This document shows positions 12,552-22,766 of a stretch of 35,032 bases of DNA, piece after piece; within the stretch, counting starts at the first letter, position 1; the number at the start of each line of letters is the position of its first letter. The DNA comes from Gonapodya sp. JEL0774 (taxonomy: Eukaryota). The position numbers were made by a program, and so were the translations under genes. The DNA is taken from assembly GCA_027604505.1 (NCBI GenBank), contig JADIIX010000188.1:1-35032 (forward strand). Reading direction: 5' to 3'. The notes under the pieces are model-generated. The model did not search any database. It was not told where the DNA came from and saw nothing but the letters and a program-made list of their open reading frames with translations.

Positions 12552-12648
12552 AAACGCTTGCATATTGACTTTGTCGTTCTGATTTGGGACAGTAGATAGC
12601 TTCATAGACCATTTGATTAGAATTTTGATTGCATTCGCATTTTCAATA

Positions 12649-15032
12649 CTACAGGCCGCGTACTCTGGACTCTGTTTCGAACACCAACATTCGCCACACG
12701 AGACACACAAACCGCTCGCTCTCCTCATCCAATACCTGTCGTACCAAACGAGCAATCACTAAGACTCACGGCATTGGGGTGACCAGTGTTGCACTGTTGC
12801 TCACCTGCTTCATTTCATCCCATAAAGCTTCGGGTGACTTCCTTTTTCTGAGGTGATCAACGACGTGGTCTGCAATGTCAGGAACTTCTTCACCAAGCAG
12901 AGACTGAAGCTTCCGGGATATAAATGATCGCAGCTTCGTTGTGAGAAGACCCTAGTGACAGATGACATAAGGATTTGGAGGCCAAACACTCCCTCGGTAT
13001 TTGCCGAGCAATAACCTACCTCATCTAGCACCTCCCACCGCAATCTCCATCCGAATAGGGGCTCTCTTGCGGCAGGTATCTCGTCGACCAGCTCCGTTTG
13101 CGCCCTTTTCCTCTCATCCGTCGTCATGATCCTACCCACTGGAGCAGATCCTGGTGGTGGCGCAAACGGTTGCGCCGGCACACCGTCTCGGTGGTCCCTT
13201 TCTCTATCCCTTTCCCGCATCTGATCGCCAGTAAGCTGATACTTCGCCAAAAACTTGTCCACTTCCAGAGTCACAGGCATCGCGCCATTACCATTAACGG
13301 CAGCGGAAGGTACAGCTTGCATTGCCTCTGCCTCCGCTCGCTGCTCCGCAGCTAATTCCTCAGCCTCCAGTTGCCGGTCGTGCTCATCATCCGCTCGCTC
13401 GCGATTGCGTTGAAGGCGCCGGCGTTCAATCCAGCGTTGACTGGAAGTCCCGTTTGTGTAAATGGACATCCCAACTCTTTATAATTCGATCTGACTCACC
13501 GGTCCCTAAACCATTCATATTCCTGCTGCTCTCTTTCATAGTCGTCATCGAACTCCCTCAAGCGTCGTTCCATAATATCCCGGCTCTTACTTGCTCGGAT
13601 TTCATCTTCGCGGTCACGGAGCTCATCTTGGTCGAATTTTCGGAATCGAGCAGATTCCCTCATTTCCCAACGTTTCTCCCGCTGAAATCCACGGAGAAGA
13701 GTTAGGTACAGAAATGAACTCACTGTGCGAGCTGCCATATTTTTGACCACTCACGTCCCTGAAAGCGATCTCCATCTCTTTCTGTCTCCGTGCCTCTTTC
13801 CGTGCTTCCTCCTCCTCATCGTCAACATTGTCTCCAACAGCGCCCGCAGCACTTGCAACCTCCCTCTGAAAGGGACTATCGCCAGTTGCCAATGAACCCC
13901 CTCTCACCCAGCCATCTGGTTGTTTCGAATTGGGGTATTCTGGTGTCAGTCCAGCGGCAATGTCCTTGCGTCTCTCCTCGTCGTCCTTCCTCGACCGGTC
14001 CGCCCTGTCAATTTCGGTCCGCTTCTCCAATTCTCTTCGAGCCTGCTGTCTACGGAAGGTGGCAATCTCCTTTAGAACTAGCTCTTGGTTCTCCATGATC
14101 TGGTCTGGGGGCAAATCGTCCAGTTCATCTGGTTGAAGTCCGGGGAACAGCTGAGCGAGGGTTTGATTGACTTCACGAGTTGTCGCGGCTATTCGCTTGT
14201 AAATGTCGCGGACTTCCTTGGAAACCGGATCCCCGTGTGAATCGAGCAGTTCAGGGCTCGAAGGACGGTTCGAAAGCGACGTTCGAATTGAGTTCAGAAT
14301 TGCTTCGAGATCACCACGAAGGCGATTGACTTCATTTTCATCCTACGCGTTTGATACCGGATATCATTTATCACAGAACCTAAGAGGTGTCAAAATATCA
14401 AACCGCTTGACCAACCAGTTTGTAGGTCCTTTTGAATTCTTCGAGCGCCATCTTAGCCGAATCTCCAGCTGTCACCATAAGTGGTTTTGGCTCCGTCTTC
14501 ACCTTGTCTTGGCCGTTCTCGGGTGCAGCAATACCAGCCTTTGGGTCCGGCAGCTCAATCCCCTTGCCTCCGAATTGACCGTTAGCAAGAAGAATCTCGC
14601 ATTTGCGCATGCCTTCAAGATTCTCGAATTCGGCAAGACCAGCAGGGTGGACCTTGTTGGTCGCGTCTTGTAGCCGCTTCCAAGCGCGAATCGGACCACA
14701 GAGCTGGGTAGAAGGCTGTGTGAGATCTCTGCAATAGTAAATCAAGCAGAAATTCAAACTACGACGCACCTGGAAGAAGAAAATGTCCAGAAACTTTGCT
14801 ACCAGAAACAGTCGTGCAAGAAAAATGCACTCACCCTAAGCAGCTTCTCTAGATGTTCGTCCGTCACTCCATCCGTGATTTGCCCGATGTAGACTGTCAA
14901 TCGAACATCCTTCGGAATCCTTCGCTCAATTATTGGGGCCGTAGGTGCTCCGGGAGGGGCAGCGCCAAAAGGGAACGGTGGTGGCATCCCCATGGGAGGC
15001 CCCATCGACGGATTAGGAGGCATCAACGCCAT
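12649..15032 (-). CDS. RBM25: RBM25/Snu71-like U1-associated splicing factor (RRM, charged RE/RD region, PWI domain)
   Basis: Pro-rich N-terminus, RRM (TVYIGQI...LLRLCGPIRAWKRLQD), Arg/Glu-rich coil (REFDDDYERE), and PWI domain ending VLDEESERFVCLVWRMLVFETESRVRGL*. Multiple GT-AG introns. Confidence 0.9.
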
Positions 15033-15355
15033 TGAAAAGATCTTGGGGAGAGATACCGCGAGCGATTCGTTAGAATTCCTGACATAGCGTCGATATTGAG
15101 GAGTTGAACTTTGAACGCGCAGCAGTCCAAAGGAGGACAGATTCCGGTTTCCAAACGGGCCCTGACAAGGGAAATATTGCATGTACACTGAGAATCTCTG
15201 TGACAACTCACCTCTGCTGGTTTACTCACACAGAAATGGAAGAGGGGGTGGGTTGTGAACAAGTATGACCAAGGACCCGCATACAGAATGTTCTACATGC
15301 CATGTAGCTGATAATTCGCTTTCATGGTAAAAATCTTACAAGTAAATTAAAAACA

Positions 15356-16473
15356 TCAGGGCGAAAATGATTGTTCGAAACGAGACCGACTAGGTTGATA
15401 AGCATAATCTGGATAAGCGGTCGGAGCAGGATACGAGAGCAAAGGGCTGTTTGGAGAAGTGGGCCGCGGATTGGGGGTGAATGTCCGTGAATTCACTGAG
15501 CCAGCACGGAGGGGAGATCCCGAGCGCGCAAACGGTGAAGCAGTTCCAGATCGTGCGAACGGGGAGAGTGGCCTCAAGAAATTGATTTGCAAAGGCTGTT
15601 GAGGGGAAATGGATGGCAACTGTGGTGGGGGTGTTGCGACTGTGATCCTTCCTCGGGACCCGCCACGAGGAGGAAGGGGGCTGTAGATGGAACGAGAGTA
15701 CCAGGAGAGAGGGCTCCCGGGTTTCGATCCATCAGGAGTAGGAGTGCTTCCGACTCGAATTCGGCGTCCACGCAGCCACCAGCGAACAGCTAGAGCTGCA
15801 ATACCGACGCCCAGAATACATGCGACTACGGCAACCCAAGTGACTGGGGAAATGGAAACATATGAGTAGAAAACGTCGAGCTCTCCCTTCATCCAACTCA
15901 CTCGGTGAGGTCAATGCGGAAGGAGGAGGTGAAGGAGTGGTGGTCACGATGGACTACGGAAGGAATATATACGGTCAGAAACCTCTGGAGTCCTCTGTGA
16001 TTATCGGTATCCAAACTCACCACGCAACACTTAGGTGAGATCAGGGAGCATGAACACGAAACACCAGCTCAGAATCTCCACACAAGGCAAAAGAAGAAAA
16101 GACAATAAATCGCCTCACGTCGTAGTCAGTGTAGGAGCACACATGGGAGTTGACACAATCACACTGGCCCTGAAAACACACCAGGCTGCCTGCACACTGG
16201 TCCGTCGTCGTACATGCAGTGCTATCAACATGCAGATGAGAACATGCAAGGCAATTGATCGCAAAAGAGTGATATTTGACCAAAGAATTCAGGCTGGAAA
16301 CGGTGTGATCGCTCAACGCACCCAGCTCCAAACGTTCGTTGCCGTTTGGCCAATGACGTCTCCCAGCGCTTTCCCGAATCAACAGGTATCTCAATTGTAC
16401 GATTATGCAGCGCCTCAACGGTGGAAATCAGCAGCGCTACGATCGATGTGAAAACGAACAACGACCTCCGCAT
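15356..16473 (-). CDS. Type I membrane protein (267 aa): signal peptide, 8-Cys ectodomain, TM, Ser/Pro-rich tail
   Basis: Exons 16473-16322, 16221-16119, 16029-16021, 15953-15902, 15843-15356 total 804 nt in phase. Signal MRRSLFVFTSIVALLISTVEA; TM WVAVVACILGVGIAALAV followed by RWWLRGRR. Confidence 0.8.
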
Positions 16474-16781
16474 CCCGACTTTCGAAAATAGAGGAACCGG
16501 ATGGCCCTAAGGACCGAAGGCGTGAGATGCCGCCGACAGCGATGGAAGATATGGGAGCCAAGAAGCTCCAATTTTCGAAGATTCCAATAAGTCAGCCCTC
16601 AATCGATTTAGGGTGGAGTTCGGGTCTCCCACTCTAATATTTCCCATTCCAGTGTTTACAATTTTATTATCGCTCCGTGATATAAATGAAGAGATCTCCG
16701 TCACGGACAAATGTCCCTCTACAGTCGGTTTGCCTATGTATTTGATAGAACACGGGGATTGGGATTCAAAACTCACCACAA

Positions 16782-18199
16782 ATGATTTCCATCACGCTGA
16801 AGGTGTGCCAGCGCGATAAGATTGGATAGATCCGATGTGGATATATCCGGTGAATCCATGCATACCCAGCTTTGTTCCAGTCCTGATATATCTCTCCCCG
16901 TTGCTCCCTTTGTTCGTTGCTAACGACGGACTCAAGCACAACAACGGCCAGTACGGCCCGATTTCTCTACCGAGGGAAGCGACGTTGGCTGACCTGAAAG
17001 ATGAGGCTGAGAAGACGCTTGGTAAGTCGCAGGATTGAAAAGTCAGGTTCGCATCCGGATTCCCCTTCACACTCCCGTTGTCTTTCTCGGCATCATTGGA
17101 ATGTCGCACATCTACCGATTCTGCCTCGTATGGGTAAAGGCTTTAAACCAGCTAGGGTTCTTTACAGTGGAGGTACCGTAACGATTGCATCCCTTTCACG
17201 TCAAAGTAACTCTCTTTGAATCACTGTTGGCGAATGCTACCGTCTGGTCTCCAAATTTTATTTCTAGTCGCAATGAAAGATGATTCCTGCTCATTACAAA
17301 AATATGTAAGTTCCCGTATGAACCTGGTGGAATGCAGGATTGGTGTTTAACTTCTGTATGGTTGTCAGGGTATCCGCTCAAAAGCTGTGCGTCCAACAGC
17401 GAGACCGTACGGTCATGGTCAGATAGTGAATGTTGTGGTTATGTACGGTTCCTTCCCAGGCCGTCCTCGTTTTCCCTCCCGCCTCCGCACCGGAGCCACC
17501 ACACCCAGTGCATTCGTACCCTGCTCGACAAAGTTCTGCTTCCCCTCGACCCTCTCCGGACAAACGGAGTGAACCTTCAATGAGCCACTCATCGCCAGCG
17601 CCGGGAATTAATTCTGAGGAAGCTGCGACAGTTCGGTGGTTTGAAACCTTGGTTGAAGGAACCAATAAATCTGTTCAAGTGAGTGTCCGACCCTCCTTAG
17701 ATTTGCGCGTTGTACCAGCACCAAGAAAAACACTCCTGCAAGCGTTGCGCGTTGCAGTGACAATGACGCAGGATATACCGAAGGATTCCCCAGAAGCTAC
17801 CGCACTTGTGTCTATTCAATACGAAACCGTCAATGAACTCACAATTAGCACTAGCCTTTCCTCTCGACCATTCGGTCCCACCCCCCTCACGACCCGTCAA
17901 CCCCAGCGACCTCCACCCCCTCCCGGCACCCTCTGACCACGACGCACCTTCGACTGCAGGAAGCGGTAATGGAGGCGCTCTTCAAGATTGACGGGCGAGA
18001 GGTGAAGGAAGGGTGGGAAATCGCGAGGGAGCGGAGGCGGGAATCGGTTAGGAATTTGCAGGTGAGTTCGTGCTTTTTGGGAATCGTGTTTCATCGTTTT
18101 GTCAGTAACTCTTCGAATTCGATAATTCTCCAGGCATTACTTAAAGATGCTGATGATTTGTACGAGAGGGCAACTGGAGTAAGAGCAGGTGGCGAGTAA
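16782..18199 (+). CDS. BAG-family Hsp70 co-chaperone with N-terminal ubiquitin-like domain (BAG1/Bag101-like)
   Basis: Short exons give Ubl MISITLKHNNGQYGPISLPREATLADLKDEAEKTLGFKPARVLYSGVAMKDDSCSLQKYGIRSKAAVLVF, a Pro-rich linker, and BAG helices HLRLQEAVMEALFKIDGREVKEGWEIARERRRESVRNLQALLKDAD. Confidence 0.8.
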
Positions 18200-18793
18200 C
18201 CACTCTAGGATGAGGGGGAAAGGAGAAATAGAAATGAAATAGAATTAAAAATGATGGAGCTGTACGTGTACTGTGACTTACTCGATGGGAAGAGTTTGTT
18301 CGTTGGCCGGTGGTGACAGAAGAAGAAGGACTAGAGGTGAAATCATTGGGGAGAGAGGAATAAATATTGTGTGGAGCGATCTGGACTCTGTCAAGTCCCC
18401 TTGCCATTGGTGGTGCCAAAGTGACCTCCATTCTCATGACTTTTGTAGGTGACAGGTGCCCACATACTGCACCCACTGTCCAACTACACTTCCTTCACCT
18501 TCTAACCCCCCCATCAATCAAATAATTATAATAATGTACCGCTATTGTATTTTTCCAAAGACTCTGCTACAGAAGTAAACTAAGAGACTAGAAAAGGACA
18601 GACTGGGCAACGACTTCATCTCGAAAGAGCCGAGTGACACGCTGTGCAAACACAACTAAACAGAACGGCATGGACAATCACCGTTGCAGCCCGTGGTTCA
18701 GACGGATGGAACGACCTAAAAGAGACCGACAACATCGCCTACAGACACAGTCTGCCCTACTCCAATATACCCCCTCTTTAGCCGCACAGGCTC

Positions 18794-20691
18794 TCAATCA
18801 TCACCCCTGTCGTCGAGGGATCCCTTCCTCTCATCCCTGTCCCTGTCCATGTCCCTATCATCCCTCTCCAAACTGCGCTTCCTTGGCTCGTCATCATCAC
18901 GGCCAGATCCGCGGCGATCGCCGTTGTCGCGGCTGTCGCGTCTAACCCTATCGTCGTCTCGGCTGTCGCGTCTCTCACGGTCGTCGTCGCGAGCAGAACG
19001 AGGCCCGTCGCGGTCGCGATCACTTCGACGATCGCGACCGTCGTCACGACGTCCGTTGCGGCGGTCATCATCACGAGAAGACCTTGGTGCGTCACGGTTA
19101 CGGTCGCGATCAGCTGATGGGGTGTTGTCCTATTCCCGTGTCCAAAACCACCTTTCAGACTCAGGCGGGCGAAAGACTTCCCCATGGATTCACGCCTCAC
19201 CTCCTGAATTGAAATAATCCTGCCCTTGAACTCAGTGTCATGGAACTTTCTGATTGCTTCCCGCATATCATCTGGGTGGGAGAACTCCACGAAACTACGG
19301 GGTTGATCAAACAATGGTTTGCATGAAAACGTTTAGTTTTCTCTGCAACAATATCCAACGATAGTAAGAAATCTTACCCGACTCCTTCCTTCTCCTTGTG
19401 TGCATCCGCGAAGGTCACTTCGCCGGCACGGCGGAAATGGTCTTTCAGGTCCTATGGGTCGGTCAGTGCAGCAAAGACGGTACAAAACACAGTACAAGAG
19501 GACACCAATACACATTTACAAATTAGAGACGCCGAGATAACGGTAGTTGAAGAAGCATCGCAGAGTAAACACATTGCCACGGAGGGTGCCAAGGAAAAGG
19601 GAAGGGAGCCAGGAAACGCGGTTGAGCGACCAGACCACGGGAAGACGACCAGACCATGGCGGCAAGGAGCCGCGGGGGGAGGGGGGGGCGAATTCACACC
19701 CAGTGGAGATCGGGCCAGACCAGACGGGCTTGCCAGGAACCATCGCCAACGGGGAGGAGAGCCACGGGGGTTCCTCTCGAGGAGTCTCGGGCGCCTATCA
19801 CAATCCGCTGTTTCCAGGTTCCCGAAGCCCACTTTGTGGCGAAATTATCTAATCCTGGCCGTCCCCGCAGGACCTCCGTGATTCGCAAAACTGTCTTACT
19901 GATTCTGTTCCGCCGAGGTGGTGCACGCCAGAAGAAGAGTGCCCCAATTTCTCACCTGCCACGAGACGCTGGGAGAGAGGTTCTCGATGACGATCCTGTA
20001 AGAAGATCGAGACGGGGGAGCAAATCTGCGGAAGAACGGGAAAAAAGAGGCGAAGAATGCAAAGAATTAGAGTAAGATAGCCGAGCCGGCTCCCACACGA
20101 CGCAATTCATCATCTTCTGTTGTCGGGATTTCCTTCCGCCTACTTACCGCTTCTCCCTCCTGGGACTTACTTCACGTCGGCGCTCGCCACGGGCCGGCTC
20201 GACCATTATTCTATATGAGCAAAAGTACCACGGTGAATGAATAGACAGGAACAGACGGAAGGGATGAAACTGCAAGGGTGCGGTGACCCGACAACGCCAC
20301 GCAACGCCACCCCAGCATTCCATCTCGCTTCACCGTCTCTCACGTGGTATAATCAAAGAGTCTCCAGTCCTCACAAGAAGTATAACTAAGCGTTTGCAAC
20401 ACTCCATGGATAGTTTTCAACGTGTAACAAAGTCATACCCATCGGCTCGTTCCCTTACGCCCTCAAAAACACGTCAAAGAACAAAGCAACGAACCTCTCT
20501 CCAAGAAACCTAACGCCGTCAAGCTGTTTGACCGCATCGTGGGCGTCCCTTGGGTCGTCGAACTCAATGAAGGCGAACCCTGCCTTCACGTTTATCTCTC
20601 GCACCCGCCCATAATCGCGGAAGAGGCGATCCAAGTCACGCTCGGTGGTATCGCGCGGAAGGCGTCCGACGTATACGCGCGAGGATGGCAT
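18794..20691 (-). CDS. SR-family splicing factor, SRSF4/5/6 (Srp2)-like: RRM + pseudo-RRM + RD/RS-rich tail
   Basis: Exons 20691-20495, 20210-20148, 20025-19956, 19451-19378, about 19294-19201, about 19129-18794. RRM1 RVYVGRL...GFAFIEFDDPRDAHDAV; hallmark SWQDLKD of RRM2; Arg/Asp dipeptide tail. Confidence 0.92.
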
Positions 20692-20874
20692 GATTAAGCT
20701 GAAGAAAGCTGGTAAGGTTGAAGGAGGATTCAGAGCGTTTTTTTTCCTCTCGTGCTCTGCCACACAACTAAGATGTGGACACAGATTCCATCCGCCAGTC
20801 TGCACAATTTGTCTGCATTTTCGAGATTCCAACACATCGAAAATAAATCTTTAGCCCTTGAAAGGACTTGGAGC
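20692..20874. promoter_or_regulatory. Very compact divergent (bidirectional) promoter region between the SR gene and RSM19
   Basis: Head-to-head start codons at 20691 (-) and 20875 (+), 183 nt apart. Confidence 0.6.
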
Positions 20875-21138
20875 ATGGGCGGCCGAGCTGTCTGGAAAGG
20901 CCCCAACTTGGCGAACATTCGTTCTGCTCTCGTAAACGCTGCAACGGACAAGGACCCCCTCAGAACTGCCGCTCGCTCGGGGACCATACTTCCCTCATAC
21001 GTAGGAAAGGTGTTATCGATACACAATGGCAAATCGTACGTGCCAGTCGCGATTCAGGAGGGAATGGTTGGAAGGAAGATTGGCGAGTTTGTGAGGACGA
21101 GAAAGATACCGATTTTCAAAGGAGGCAAGACAAAGTAG
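20875..21138 (+). CDS. RSM19: Mitochondrial small-subunit ribosomal protein uS19m (nuclear-encoded, intronless)
   Basis: MGGRAVWKGPN...RTAARSGTILPSYVG...IHNGKSYVPVAIQEGMVGRKIGEFVRTRK matches the bacterial/mitochondrial S19 pattern. An in-frame upstream ATG exists at 20773. Confidence 0.92.
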   Translation: MGGRAVWKGPNLANIRSALVNAATDKDPLRTAARSGTILPSYVGKVLSIHNGKSYVPVAIQEGMVGRKIGEFVRTRKIPIFKGGKTK

Positions 21139-22766
21139 GAATGATCCAAGAGAACAGACATTGGACTTGAAATCGTGGTGGTTTGGTAGTCGGACGATAT
21201 CGTAGAATTGGTCATATTAGTTCAACTGGAGTGGACGGTTTCGACAAGGTTTAGTTCAAAACGAGGCTTGTGAACGCTGGAGCTGGTACGGTGGGACCAT
21301 TAAAGCGGAGTGCTTGGGATAGGAGGTGGCAATGGACACGACGGCGAGACCATGGCCTGCTCTCCGGCTCGCATCCCCACCAGTCCTTCACACGGTTCAT
21401 TTCAGTCAGGCCTTCCTTACCAAGGACAATAACACGGATACCACAAATAGATCTCACGGATAGCCCTTTCAGAGATGCCTTAGACAAGAATTGTCGTGTT
21501 CCTCAGAGGCGGTCACACCAACACCTCCGTCACGCTGGATACAACCCCTCTCTTCCACCCATGGTCTTTTCTTTGGTATCTCTGAGGGGTCCTCCTCATA
21601 TCAACAGTTTGCATCAGCACCCTACCTCGATGTATCTAATTTCCCTACCACTGTTAAAGCTAATATACCGCTTGACCTCTCCTCACGACTTCTTGCCTGC
21701 TGTAGTTCCCGTTGATACCATTGCTATGTGAGCTTGAGCCATGTTCTCGATCTGCCTCTCTATTTGGATGCACAGCGCACTGAGATGTCATCCACGTGGC
21801 AGCTCAATCAAGTCAATCTTACAAAGAGTCCTGTGCTGGTCGAGATTCGAATGAAATCCTGAAAGCGATGACAGACGGCAGTTCCGTTGTGTTGCTTCAC
21901 TTGGCGGGACGAACAAGTTCAACATTATTACTGTTGCTTTTTAGAAGACCTCATCGACATGCCTCCGGCATTTCAGGAGAACAGTAAACCCCACTTGTCA
22001 GCAGATTGCCCAAATCTTGACACAGGACATAAGTGGCCCCATGCTGTGCACTGTGCCCACAAGCTCAACCAGATCACTGTAAAGACAACTAACTATCAAC
22101 TCATGTGCATGTGAACTACGAACATCCGTGCCGTCTCAGTGCGCACCAGTGACGGAGCTCGCTTCCGGTGCACGCATTGCTTGCCCTTTTATGTGAAGTC
22201 TGGAGAATGGTTTCGTGTGAGTTTTCTCAACAACGTGTTGTTCTTACAAATGATCCATAACACCTTCCATATCGGCCTGCATCCAGTTCAAACCAGCTGG
22301 ACACTTCTAACCCAATTTCAATTTTGCGCAAGTAAGGAAAGGATTGGAGAGCCGGCATAGCGTGGGGTTTCGGTGGGCAGTGTTCCGTTCACAACAACAA
22401 GCACGATTGGTAATTACTTTAAGTAAATAACGTAATTAGAGATCACCGACGATAATAAAATTTACAGGCAAATTTGGTCATGGATATACAACACTTTAAC
22501 TCTTGTCGCTTAAAACTCACACAAGCTTACTTGTTGAGAAAATAAAACAGTGACCATCGAACTTACAACCCCAAAGTTGCCGTCCATAATGCACCGAGCC
22601 CATCCGCTCGACCACTGAAGCAACATAATCCAAAAGCATACTTTAATTCCCGACAGTCTCAAAACCATCACCTCATGCAATCGCTGGTCCGTCTTCAACA
22701 AAACCGAGTCCATGACCTCCTAGACAAATACTTCCACAGTGCATCCCGCCACCGAAGTTCATTGAC

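Noticed and set aside
18800..19110. Short tandem repeats (GTCGCG/GTCCCT) resembling a repeat array
   Set aside because: They are the codons of the Arg/Asp-rich tail of the SR protein, not CRISPR or satellite DNA.
19725..19794. Second SWQ-encoding stretch inside the SR intron, suggesting a mutually exclusive exon
   Set aside because: No GT donor follows it and upstream residues do not resemble the RRM2 beta-1 strand. Likely coincidence.
2178..20691. Apparent cluster of RNA-processing genes (DHX40-like, RBM25, SR protein)
   Set aside because: They are separated by unrelated genes and such factors are common. No evidence of a functional cluster without synteny data.
20875..21138. Intronless bacterial-like S19 as horizontal transfer or a NUMT
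   Set aside because: Nuclear-encoded mitochondrial uS19m is standard in fungi, base composition matches the flanks, and no other organellar or operon genes are adjacent.
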